From Candidatus Thorarchaeota archaeon (GTDB lineage Archaea; Asgardarchaeota; Thorarchaeia; Thorarchaeales; Thorarchaeaceae), in the NCBI GenBank assembly GCA_008080745.1, contig SHMX01000005.1, forward strand, positions 31,515 through 95,514: DNA of 64,000 nt, in the 5' to 3' direction. The position numbers were made by a program, and so were the translations under genes. The first letter of the stretch is position 1, and each line of letters begins with the position of its first letter. Below the pieces are notes generated by a model that was not told where the DNA came from, made no database searches, and saw nothing but the letters and a program-made list of their open reading frames with translations. This document shows, in pieces, positions 27,717 to 36,124 of the stretch.

Positions 27717-28627
27717 TTCTCTTCTCTCTCCTTGTCACGAATCTTTGAAAGATATGAAGCTCCATAATCTGTAAAGTAAAAGCTACCAATTGGGTCTGGA
27801 AATGCCTTTTCCAATTCCTCTGGGTCCATGTCTGCAATGGCACCCAATGCAGAGATTATCTTTGCTCCGTGATCTTTTATTCCTGGTGGGGGTCCAAAAC
27901 AGCCCTTACAAGGAGTATTCACTGTTGGACATTGAGCACCACACATCCCTATCGTTGCAAAACCTAGACAGAGATATCCCTGATCAAGGAGGCATTTGTC
28001 GGGATCTATATGCCCCTCATGAGCACGTTTGAACTTGGTTATACTCTTCTCTTTCCGTTCCTTTGGGCATTGGTCACAGACGGTCTTTTCTGGAAGATCA
28101 TATGGTTTTCCAGTGAGTAGCGCTGATAATGCCTCTAAGGTATTCTCGCTAGTTGGAGGGCATCCTGGAAACGGGACATCGAACTTTACAATCTCCGTAT
28201 TAGGTACAACACTCTCAGTAAAGCCAGGCATCTCTTCCTCAGGTATACGACCATCTTCTACTGTATCGGCTTTTAGGAATTTTCTCTCTAGTAATTCCTT
28301 GAGTTCCCACTGATTGCCAAGTCCCTGAACACCACCATAACATGAGCAAGAGCCCCATGCAACGAGAATCTTGGCCTTCTTTCTCATAAGTTTCAGTAGA
28401 TGAACATCTTCTTTTGTTCTGCAACTTCCCTCGACTAACCCAATGTGTATAGATTCATCTGGCATTGCCTCAAGGTCCTTCAGTTTGTAATCCACCACTG
28501 CAGGCCAGTAGACAATCTCAAGCTGTGGAAGTACTTCCAACAACGTTAGATGGAGATCTACTAATGATTGGTCACAACCCCAGCATGAGGTGAGCTGTGC
28601 AAGGGCAATTCGTTTAGCCATAATCAA
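27713..28627 (-). CDS. mvhG: [NiFe]-hydrogenase small subunit (MvhG-like)
   Basis: N-terminal LAQLTSCWGCDQSL and GSCSCYGG cluster ligands. The C-terminal Fe-S Cys clusters are CDQCPKERKE and CLGFATIGMCGAQC...CKGC. Confidence 0.8.
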   Translation of the reverse strand: MIMAKRIALAQLTSCWGCDQSLVDLHLTLLEVLPQLEIVYWPAVVDYKLKDLEAMPDESIHIGLVEGSCRTKEDVHLLKLMRKKAKILVAWGSCSCYGGVQGLGNQWELKELLERKFLKADTVEDGRIPEEEMPGFTESVVPNTEIVKFDVPFPGCPPTSENTLEALSALLTGKPYDLPEKTVCDQCPKERKEKSITKFKRAHEGHIDPDKCLLDQGYLCLGFATIGMCGAQCPTVNTPCKGCFGPPPGIKDHGAKIISALGAIADMDPEELEKAFPDPIGSFYFTDYGASYLSKIRDKEREEK

Positions 28628-29166
28628 TCACTCTCTCCTGCAGGATTGGGTCCAAGTCGCTTCACGGTTTCAACCATCGTCTTCACTCCTTCTGTAAAGA
28701 CATCTCCTTCCGCAGCACTTGCCCATTGTAACCTTATTCGTTCTGGTTCAAGTCCAGCAGATTCTACCATCTTCTGAAGCAAGGCAAAACGAGCTTGCAT
28801 TTTCAGATTTCCTGTAGAATAATGGCAGTCTCCTGGATGACAGCCAGAAATTAACACTCCATCTGCCCCTTGATTGAGAGCGTCAAGAATAAACGATGGG
28901 TCGATTCTACCTGTGCAGTTTACTCGGATAATTCTGACATTTGGTGGCATTTGCATCCTACTTGTGCCAGCTAGATCTGCGCCAGCGTAACTGCACCAGT
29001 TGCAACAGAACGCAACAATTCTAGGTTCAAATCCCTTTGCTTTCTTGCGTTTGGATTTCGTTGCCGTCTTTGGTTCTTGTGAAGTTGCTGTCAAGTTCGT
29101 GGGACCTCCCGCGGACAGTTTAGCTCCGGTTTGATGTCGCCCTATTAAGATTGCTGGATTAGTCAT
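28624..29166 (-). CDS. mvhD: Methyl-viologen-reducing hydrogenase delta subunit (MvhD-like)
   Basis: CCNWCSYAGADLAG...CTGRIDPSFILDALNQGADGVLISGCHPGDCHY is the MvhD/FlpD signature. It is the first gene of the mvhDGA-order operon on the minus strand. Confidence 0.8.
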   Translation of the reverse strand: MTNPAILIGRHQTGAKLSAGGPTNLTATSQEPKTATKSKRKKAKGFEPRIVAFCCNWCSYAGADLAGTSRMQMPPNVRIIRVNCTGRIDPSFILDALNQGADGVLISGCHPGDCHYSTGNLKMQARFALLQKMVESAGLEPERIRLQWASAAEGDVFTEGVKTMVETVKRLGPNPAGESD

Positions 29167-29252
29167 GTATATGTTTTATTTTTGGTGAAAGGTATTGTTT
29201 TTATTGGTATAGCAGATTAGTATATCATAGACAGTTTGAGGAGCTAAAAATT

Positions 29253-29486
29253 GTGATAATGGCGTTCATAATGGCAAAAGTAGACTCTCCAAAAGCGAGA
29301 GAAGTATTGGAAGAAGTACGAAATCTGGAAGAAGTCCAAGAGGCTTATCTTATCTATGGTGCATATGACTTGATAGTAAAGGGGAATTTCAAGAACCCTG
29401 AGGACCTGAGCGCATTTGTGGTTGATAGATTACGAGCAATAGAGGGAATCCATGATACAACCACTAATGTCTGTGCTACCTGCTAG
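29253..29486 (+). CDS. Stand-alone Lrp/AsnC C-terminal (RAM) domain protein
   Basis: 77 aa. AYLIYGAYDLIVKGNFKNPEDLSAFVVDRLRAIEGIHDTTT matches the RAM-domain pattern (Y.v.G.yD.......d...l..f....l..i.gV..t.T). Confidence 0.5.
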   Translation: MIMAFIMAKVDSPKAREVLEEVRNLEEVQEAYLIYGAYDLIVKGNFKNPEDLSAFVVDRLRAIEGIHDTTTNVCATC

Positions 29487-29508
29487 AACTGTGGGAGATT
29501 GTGTATAA

Positions 29509-29829
29509 TTGGTTACTGAAGTTCATAGTAAACGTATCTACACTTTCAAACCACGGTTTGGAGCTCAAGTGCATTTGACTGCTGCAGAGATTAGGTCCGC
29601 CATTCTGAATCTGGGGACCAAGATTAAAGGCGCAAAATACACAGTTGAAGTCTTGTCAGAAGATACAGATCAGATTGAGATTTACTGTATCGCACCCACA
29701 GGTGAACTGGTCTATGAGATGGACACGAAGATTATGTACAAGATTTTGAACTTTTGTGAAGCGAATAATCTCGACTTCAGTGTAGGTCCGCTTAAAGCAA
29801 AGACTCCTACAATGGACGAGTGGGAGTAG
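29509..29829 (+). CDS. Hypothetical protein
   Basis: 106-aa ORF. No motif. Confidence 0.35.
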   Translation: MVTEVHSKRIYTFKPRFGAQVHLTAAEIRSAILNLGTKIKGAKYTVEVLSEDTDQIEIYCIAPTGELVYEMDTKIMYKILNFCEANNLDFSVGPLKAKTPTMDEWE

Positions 29830-29856
29830 TTTTAGACTACTCCTTTCTATTTTTAG

Positions 29857-30825
29857 TTATGTGAATCGTTTTCTTGTTTCCGATGCTTCTTGCATTTTTC
29901 CTTGTCCTTCTAGTGATTCAACTAGTCCAGCCCAAAGACGTTTATCCTCTGGGTCATGTCTTATAGCACTTCTATAACAATTCTCAGCGTCTTTGAATTG
30001 TTTTCCGACAAGATAGATTGCTCCAAGGCGAGCCCATGCCTCGGTAAAAGTAGAATCTAGCTCTGTAGCTCTCTTATAGGCCATGAAGCATTCTGGTATT
30101 CGATCAAGATTTAGTAAAACGGTACCACGGTTGAACCAGCCAATGGCATCTGTTGGACGTATTGCTTTGTGGCGGTCCAATGCATCCAATGCTTGTGGAT
30201 AATCTCCTCTACCTGCCAAAATAGCACCGATCTCACGCCATGCTTGTGGATCTGAGGGATTCAGTTCAACTGTCTTCCGAAATGCCCTTTCCGCTTCTTT
30301 CATTTTGCCATCCATTTCATAAGTAAGGCCCAGATTGAACCAACAATCAGAATGAGAACTATTCAATTTCAGAGCCTTCCAATACATTTTGATTGCATCA
30401 CCTAGTTTTCCACTCTCACGATACAAATTCCCAAGATTATACCAGATTGTGTGCATATCCGGTTCTAATTTGCTTGCCCGTTTTAGAATCTCCTCAGCCT
30501 TCTTAACATCTCCCATAGTTTTTAGCAAAGATCCATAGTTCACCAGTATTGGTGCTTGATCCGGGTCGAGCTTCAACGAATGTTCAAATGCCTCAACAGC
30601 TTCATCGTTTCGGCCTAGTTGATACAATGCAACTCCAAGCATCCCCCACGCAAATGGATGTTTGCTTTCAATTTCAGTAGCCTGTCTGTAATATTTCTCA
30701 GCCTCAGGTATATTTCCTTGTTGTATAAGATCTGTGCCTTTGTTTATCAAACGAGAAAATTCCTCAGATATCTCAGGTGCTTTTTTTTCTTTCTTTCCAA
30801 ATCGTACCATATTGATTTCCCTCAC
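29857..30825 (-). CDS. Tetratricopeptide (TPR) repeat protein
   Basis: Multiple 34-aa TPR units (AWGMLGVALYQLGRNDEAVEAFEHSLKLDP..., WFNLGLTYEMDGKMKEAERAFRKTVELNP...). Confidence 0.8.
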   Translation of the reverse strand: MREINMVRFGKKEKKAPEISEEFSRLINKGTDLIQQGNIPEAEKYYRQATEIESKHPFAWGMLGVALYQLGRNDEAVEAFEHSLKLDPDQAPILVNYGSLLKTMGDVKKAEEILKRASKLEPDMHTIWYNLGNLYRESGKLGDAIKMYWKALKLNSSHSDCWFNLGLTYEMDGKMKEAERAFRKTVELNPSDPQAWREIGAILAGRGDYPQALDALDRHKAIRPTDAIGWFNRGTVLLNLDRIPECFMAYKRATELDSTFTEAWARLGAIYLVGKQFKDAENCYRSAIRHDPEDKRLWAGLVESLEGQGKMQEASETRKRFT

Positions 30826-30921
30826 ATTGGAGCGAACATCCTACCTCCAAGTCTAAATGACTCCTCTCCATCTAAAGGGAGTATACCGATATAAGATTGC
30901 CGAGAATCATCAAAATGGATT

Positions 30922-32802
30922 CTATCTTCTTGGTTTGTCATCCAACAATCCGAGTCTTCTCAGTGTGGTATCGAATGGAATGCCAGTTTCTATATCCCAC
31001 CCACGATATTCATAGTATTCGTCAAGCATCTGATTGAGTTCTACCACTTCTCCCTTATTCGGCCCTAATGGTGCTGGCTCGTCCGTAAGTCGTTTTGGTA
31101 ACTGATCATCTTTTCGTGATATTCCCAATCTGATATTGAACAGCCGATTGAGATTTACGATTCTCTCTCCTATGGTCTGTAGTTCTTCCCGGGTAAAAAC
31201 AAGTCCATTATGTATTCGGAGGGCAAGTGCAACATCTTCGTAATAGAATTCTGGAGGGATCTGTGTTCCATATTTACAAAGCCCCACACTCTCAATCATG
31301 ACCATATAGTCTTCACATTCCTTTACCATGATTCCTTTGTAGGTTGGATTCAGACGTTCTGCCATCTCTGGCAAGTATTCCTCACCAAATCGTTCTCTTA
31401 TCTCATCGTCAAATCCCGCCTCATCAAGCACAGGAAACGAATAGAGATGATCAGCTCCTCTTGCAGCTGTTACTGCAGCTAATCCCATAGATTTCTGAGC
31501 TCGTGGTTCTTGTCCGGCTATCTCTTGCTTCTTCACGGTCATAACGAATTTCTCTGTTCCCTTTCCAATCTTTTGAGCTGCGCGATAGCTTCCCTCGGCC
31601 AAGACATCACCAAAACCTTCACGCATTGCTATCATCTTGGTCAGTTTCACCACTGTTTCATGATTCCCCCACGTTAGATCTATCCCTCCTGTATCTTCAG
31701 CAGTTAATAGACCCTCATCCCATGCTTCCATTGCCCAGGATATAGTAGCACCAAGTGATATCGTATCCATTCCATATTGGTTTGCCAAATGATGCGAGTA
31801 GAGTACAGATTCGACATTATCGTTCCCACAACGGGAACCTAATGATGATTGCGACTCAAACTCAGGAGATCCTCCCTCATAGCAGTATGGTCCTGTGGGT
31901 ACAGCAGTAAACCTTCCACAGCGTTGTAGACAACTCCAATCTGCTCTTGGTTTCACAAGATAATCTTTCGTGATGGTTTCACCGCTGATTGCTTCATAGC
32001 CGTCAAATACTCCTTGACGCATATTGTAGCTTGGAAGTCTTCCAATATGATGCATAAGTTCTACAAGATTTGTTGTTCCATATCGCGCACGTTCGGGGGT
32101 GAAGGGATTAGCAAGCATACGTCTGTAGAACTCATCCATATGCCTAAGGTAATCTATTGGTTCAGCTACCTCGATTTTACCCGTTCCCCGTACTGAGATT
32201 GCTTTTATTTTCTTTGAACCCATAACAGCTCCAAGACCCGAACGAGCTGATGCTCTATCTCTGTCATTCATCACTGCTGCAAACCGAACTAGGTTCTCAC
32301 CGGCCTGTCCTATTGCTAAGACGCGGCTCTTTCTACCATATTTCTCTCTAAGATAATCATCCGTTTCAAAGACATCACTACCCCATATATCCTCGGCACT
32401 TTCCAGGGTAACATCAGAATCTCGGATATTCAGATAGACTGGATCTTTTGATGCGCCTGTAAATAATACCGCATCATATCCTGCAAGCTTAATTTCAGTA
32501 CCCCAAAAACCAGCAGAATGACTCTCACCCCAGACATTGGTCAATGGGGATAAGGCTGCGACCACTATTCTTGATGCTTGAGGAAACATGGATCCTGTCA
32601 ATAGACCGGTTGCTATACCCAATACATTCTTGGGCGATAGAGGATCGATATCCGGTGGAATCTCATCGTATAACACTTTAGAGAGATATCCTGCACCTAG
32701 AAGATACTTTTTTACAATATCTTCAGGTATCGGTCGTTTCTCTACTTCTCCTTTGGTTAGGTTGACCCAAAGAATCTCGCCACCTACTCCTTTCATTATC
32801 AA
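30922..32802 (-). CDS. Tungsten-containing aldehyde:ferredoxin oxidoreductase (AOR family)
   Basis: 626 aa with an AOR N-terminal domain (ILWVNLTKGEVEKRPIPEDIVKKYLLGAGYLSK) and family-typical internal blocks. It shows paralogous similarity to 41720..43654. Confidence 0.9.
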   Translation of the reverse strand: MIMKGVGGEILWVNLTKGEVEKRPIPEDIVKKYLLGAGYLSKVLYDEIPPDIDPLSPKNVLGIATGLLTGSMFPQASRIVVAALSPLTNVWGESHSAGFWGTEIKLAGYDAVLFTGASKDPVYLNIRDSDVTLESAEDIWGSDVFETDDYLREKYGRKSRVLAIGQAGENLVRFAAVMNDRDRASARSGLGAVMGSKKIKAISVRGTGKIEVAEPIDYLRHMDEFYRRMLANPFTPERARYGTTNLVELMHHIGRLPSYNMRQGVFDGYEAISGETITKDYLVKPRADWSCLQRCGRFTAVPTGPYCYEGGSPEFESQSSLGSRCGNDNVESVLYSHHLANQYGMDTISLGATISWAMEAWDEGLLTAEDTGGIDLTWGNHETVVKLTKMIAMREGFGDVLAEGSYRAAQKIGKGTEKFVMTVKKQEIAGQEPRAQKSMGLAAVTAARGADHLYSFPVLDEAGFDDEIRERFGEEYLPEMAERLNPTYKGIMVKECEDYMVMIESVGLCKYGTQIPPEFYYEDVALALRIHNGLVFTREELQTIGERIVNLNRLFNIRLGISRKDDQLPKRLTDEPAPLGPNKGEVVELNQMLDEYYEYRGWDIETGIPFDTTLRRLGLLDDKPRR

Positions 32803-33287
32803 GCATCCTCCTTATCATAGAGTATATCTTTATGTTTTTCATGCAGTTCAGAAATCCGCCCCTCCGGATCTTTTTCCTTCAGATCTTCTTCTGAGGTCAA
32901 CCAAATTGCATTTACTGGGCATCTTTCGACACACGCACCGCATTGAATACATTTGAATGCCTTTCCTGTGTCTGGGTGAATCCTAATCGCAAAGTATGGA
33001 CAAGCTTCAACGCATGCTCCAGTTCCATCACACCTCTTGTTGTTAACAATTACAACCCCCTTAGAGGTTCGCATAATTGCCTCATTTGGGCATGCCGTAA
33101 TACAGGGTGCATCTTCGCAGTTTCTACAAAAGAGTGGGAAGTCTAGTCCTGGTTCTATTCTAACAGCTCGTACCCGCGCTCTTTCTGGACTTATCACTTT
33201 GTAGAATTTCATGCTACATACATTCACACAGATCATACATCCAGTACATATATGGGGGTCACCAATAACAAATCTCAATTCGCTCAC
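32799..33287 (-). CDS. 4x[4Fe-4S] ferredoxin (AOR-associated)
   Basis: Four CxxCxxCxxxCP motifs (CTGCMICVNVCS, CRNCEDAPCITACP, CDGTGACVEACP, CIQCGACVERCP). Its stop overlaps the AOR start by 4 nt. Confidence 0.85.
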   Translation of the reverse strand: MSELRFVIGDPHICTGCMICVNVCSMKFYKVISPERARVRAVRIEPGLDFPLFCRNCEDAPCITACPNEAIMRTSKGVVIVNNKRCDGTGACVEACPYFAIRIHPDTGKAFKCIQCGACVERCPVNAIWLTSEEDLKEKDPEGRISELHEKHKDILYDKEDA

Positions 33288-34658
33288 CTATCTCTTCTCC
33301 TCTATTGTTCGCCCTCCCATGGGCTGAAATATTCCATGTCCGGGTTTAACAAGAATTCTGCCCTCTTCATATACTGGTACACCCCTGACCAATGTCATAA
33401 GTGGCACTCCTTTCATCTTCAAACCCTCATAAAGTGTCCAATCGCATTTGGATAGCATCATCTCAGCCGTTATCTTTTCCTCCTTGGTCTGGTCTACAAT
33501 AACGATATCCGCATCCGAACCAACCTGTAATATACCCTTTTTTGGGTAGAGCCCAAATATTTTGGCTGGGTTCTTTGACGCAACTTGGAGAAGTCTTGGG
33601 TATGAGATACGATTTTTATTCAGACCCTCTGAGAGCAAAACACGAAGAATCATCTGAATTCCATCTACCCCTGCCCACGCTTGACGAATGTCATCTCTCC
33701 CCTCTTCCTTTTTTTCTATTGGACAGGGTGCATGGTCGCTTACGGTGATATCAATCATCCCTCGAAGCAATGCGGACCATAATTCCGCCTTATCTTGTTT
33801 GGACCTTAGAGGCGGATTCATTTTGCTTTTGGGTCCGATTCGATTCATCTCATCACGGTGAAACATAAGATGATGGGGACATACTTCCGTTGTGACCATG
33901 ACTCCATTCAACTTTCCTCTCTCCACCTCACGAATGCCTTCTCTTGTAGAGATATGAGCAATATGCAGATGTCCGCCAGTCTTCTCAGCAATTCCAATGA
34001 CATGTCTAACTGCAAGCTGTTCTGCCAAGTTTGGTCTTGATAAGGAATGACTGATGGGGGCATCCCATTCATTGAGCATGTCTTTGCTAAACTCATCTAG
34101 AACTCCTTGATCTTCACAATGGATGGTCACATGTCCTCCATTTACGGATACTTCGCTGAGAAGACGCGATATCACACCGGAGTTAGTATAGAATGGTTCA
34201 CAGGTAAATGCTTTGAATGACGCCGCTCCGCGAGCAATCATCTCGGGAACAATTGGGTAGTTCTCAGCATTCATCATTCCTACATTGAAAGCAAAATCGA
34301 CAATGGATAGGTTGGACCCATCTGCAATCTTTTCCTGTAACATATCTGGGGTATCCATCTGACTTACGAGTGGCATATCTACTATTGTGGTTACTCCTCC
34401 AGCCGCAGCAGCAAAGGAACCGGGGGTAAACTCTTCATGATCAAGCATTCCTCTGTCATGGATATGTGCATGTCCATCAATCAATCCTGGCATCACAATT
34501 TTCTGTTTGGCATCAATTACTCTATCAGCATCAGGTAGATGATTGTCGGTAGCAATTATAGATATGATACCATCACGGATACCTATCCCTGCCTGAACAA
34601 GGCCCGATTCGAATAGCAATCTTCCATTTCTAATAACGATATCCACGGTTCTGCTCAT
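33288..34658 (-). CDS. Cyclic amidohydrolase (dihydroorotase/dihydropyrimidinase/allantoinase family)
   Basis: VMPGLIDGHAHIHDRG...AAAGGVTTIVDMP is the N-terminal metal-binding signature of the DHOase/hydantoinase class. 456 aa. Confidence 0.8.
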   Translation of the reverse strand: MSRTVDIVIRNGRLLFESGLVQAGIGIRDGIISIIATDNHLPDADRVIDAKQKIVMPGLIDGHAHIHDRGMLDHEEFTPGSFAAAAGGVTTIVDMPLVSQMDTPDMLQEKIADGSNLSIVDFAFNVGMMNAENYPIVPEMIARGAASFKAFTCEPFYTNSGVISRLLSEVSVNGGHVTIHCEDQGVLDEFSKDMLNEWDAPISHSLSRPNLAEQLAVRHVIGIAEKTGGHLHIAHISTREGIREVERGKLNGVMVTTEVCPHHLMFHRDEMNRIGPKSKMNPPLRSKQDKAELWSALLRGMIDITVSDHAPCPIEKKEEGRDDIRQAWAGVDGIQMILRVLLSEGLNKNRISYPRLLQVASKNPAKIFGLYPKKGILQVGSDADIVIVDQTKEEKITAEMMLSKCDWTLYEGLKMKGVPLMTLVRGVPVYEEGRILVKPGHGIFQPMGGRTIEEKR

Positions 34659-34673
34659 TCTAAGGTTTTCCTC

Positions 34674-34973
34674 CTATTGTGGATTTCCGCCGCCAATGGG
34701 GGGGAAAATTGCAACAGCATCCCCATCTGAAAGTTTTGTGTCATATCCATCTAGGGTTTCAATCCGTTTTCCGTTTATCATACAAGAGAAGAATCGTTTC
34801 AGTCTTGTAGTACCCTCTTGGAACACTGTTTCTTGAAATTCCTTGTCATATTGTTTCTTCAGCTTTATGAGAAGTTCTCCTACTGTGTCTGCTTCCATGT
34901 CAACCTTTCCTGTTCCTGCTACACTTCGAACAGTTGCAAAGAACTTCACCGTGACTTTAGCCAAATCCAACAC
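34674..34973 (-). CDS. MoaD/ThiS-like beta-grasp (sulfur-carrier/SAMP-like) protein with extended C-terminus ...PPIGGGNPQ
   Basis: VKFFATVRSVAGTGKVDME...INGKRIETLDGYDTKLSDGDAVAIFPPIGGG matches the archaeal MoaD pattern, but three residues (NPQ) follow the Gly-Gly. Confidence 0.6.
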   Translation of the reverse strand: MLDLAKVTVKFFATVRSVAGTGKVDMEADTVGELLIKLKKQYDKEFQETVFQEGTTRLKRFFSCMINGKRIETLDGYDTKLSDGDAVAIFPPIGGGNPQ

Positions 34974-35013
34974 CTACTAGACAAAGGCTTGAAGATGTTT
35001 TAACAGTTCGGAA

Positions 35014-35982
35014 ATGTTATTGAAGTCGTTCCATAGACATATAGGGAATAATCTCTATTTGCTCTACTGTAATTCTGGAGTTGATAGCGTGGAGATAGTT
35101 GTCGTTGGTCATCTGAGCAGGGACCTTATCATTACCCCGGATTTGACAAGAGAGAGTCTCGGTGGTGCTCCAGCATATGCGATGATTGCCCCTGCCATTG
35201 GTGCTCTCGGAGCGGGTATTGTGTCTCGAATAGGTTCAGACTTTGAACAGTCATATTTGAACGCACTTTACAGGTCTGGCCTTGATCTCACGGGACTGAG
35301 AACTAGTCAAGACAAGTCCACCCGGTTTATCAATATCTACAACGCTGAGGGCGAGCGTACTCAACGAATAGAGTCAATCGCACCTCCTATTCATGGTTAT
35401 GATTATTTACCAAAACATCTCTTGGCATCTATCTTTCATTTTTCTCCTCTTACCCCTGATGAGATTCATATCTCCTGTATTGAAACTGCAAAGAGTTCGG
35501 GAGCATTGGTTTCTCTGGATGTTCAAGGATATTTACGGAATATTTCGGGGGAGAATGTCACATTATCTCGTTGGGAGTATCCCGATGAAGTACTGAAATT
35601 TGTCGATATTGTCAAGGCCGAGGAATCCGAGGTGAAGTTCATATTTGAAGCGAAGACGGAGGTTTCAGCCGTATCTCGCATTTTGAGCCTGGGTCCTAGA
35701 GTTGTAATTATTACACGTAGCCAGAAAGGTTCAACTATCTACACCAGAAATAATCACGTTGATATACCACTAGTGTTGGCTGACAAGTTCATTGACAGTA
35801 CAGGGTGTGGGGATGTCTATTCTATCGGATTTCTACTCTCTTACATGCGAACCGGAGATGTAAGTAAGGCTGGACTCTTTGGAGCAACGTGTGCGTCTTT
35901 CAACTTGGAATCAATTGGCCCATATAATCCTCCCTCTATTGAACAGGTGGAGGAACGAATGCGAACCTATCTCCATGGCTGA
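35014..35982 (+). CDS. PfkB-family carbohydrate/nucleoside kinase
   Basis: N-terminal GG motif (LGGAPAYAM) and C-terminal DSTGCGDVYSIGF (the DTxGAGD anion-hole motif). Confidence 0.7.
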   Translation: MLLKSFHRHIGNNLYLLYCNSGVDSVEIVVVGHLSRDLIITPDLTRESLGGAPAYAMIAPAIGALGAGIVSRIGSDFEQSYLNALYRSGLDLTGLRTSQDKSTRFINIYNAEGERTQRIESIAPPIHGYDYLPKHLLASIFHFSPLTPDEIHISCIETAKSSGALVSLDVQGYLRNISGENVTLSRWEYPDEVLKFVDIVKAEESEVKFIFEAKTEVSAVSRILSLGPRVVIITRSQKGSTIYTRNNHVDIPLVLADKFIDSTGCGDVYSIGFLLSYMRTGDVSKAGLFGATCASFNLESIGPYNPPSIEQVEERMRTYLHG

Positions 35983-36124
35983 CAGGTGCTAACCAATTTT
36001 TTGATAGTAACAATTATGTTATTATGCTGTCGTCTTTGTTACGCTACATGAATGCCCTCAGTGTAACTATAATCTTAATTTACACAAATGATTTTTATAT
36101 CATGGTTTATAATCTGTTACTAGG

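Noticed and set aside
26411-28424. Several 60-105-aa antisense and alternate-frame ORFs inside the mvhA/mvhG genes (e.g. 26439..26639, 26566..26883, 28029..28313)
   Set aside because: They lie embedded in strongly supported hydrogenase CDSs with clear catalytic motifs, and are chance ORFs.
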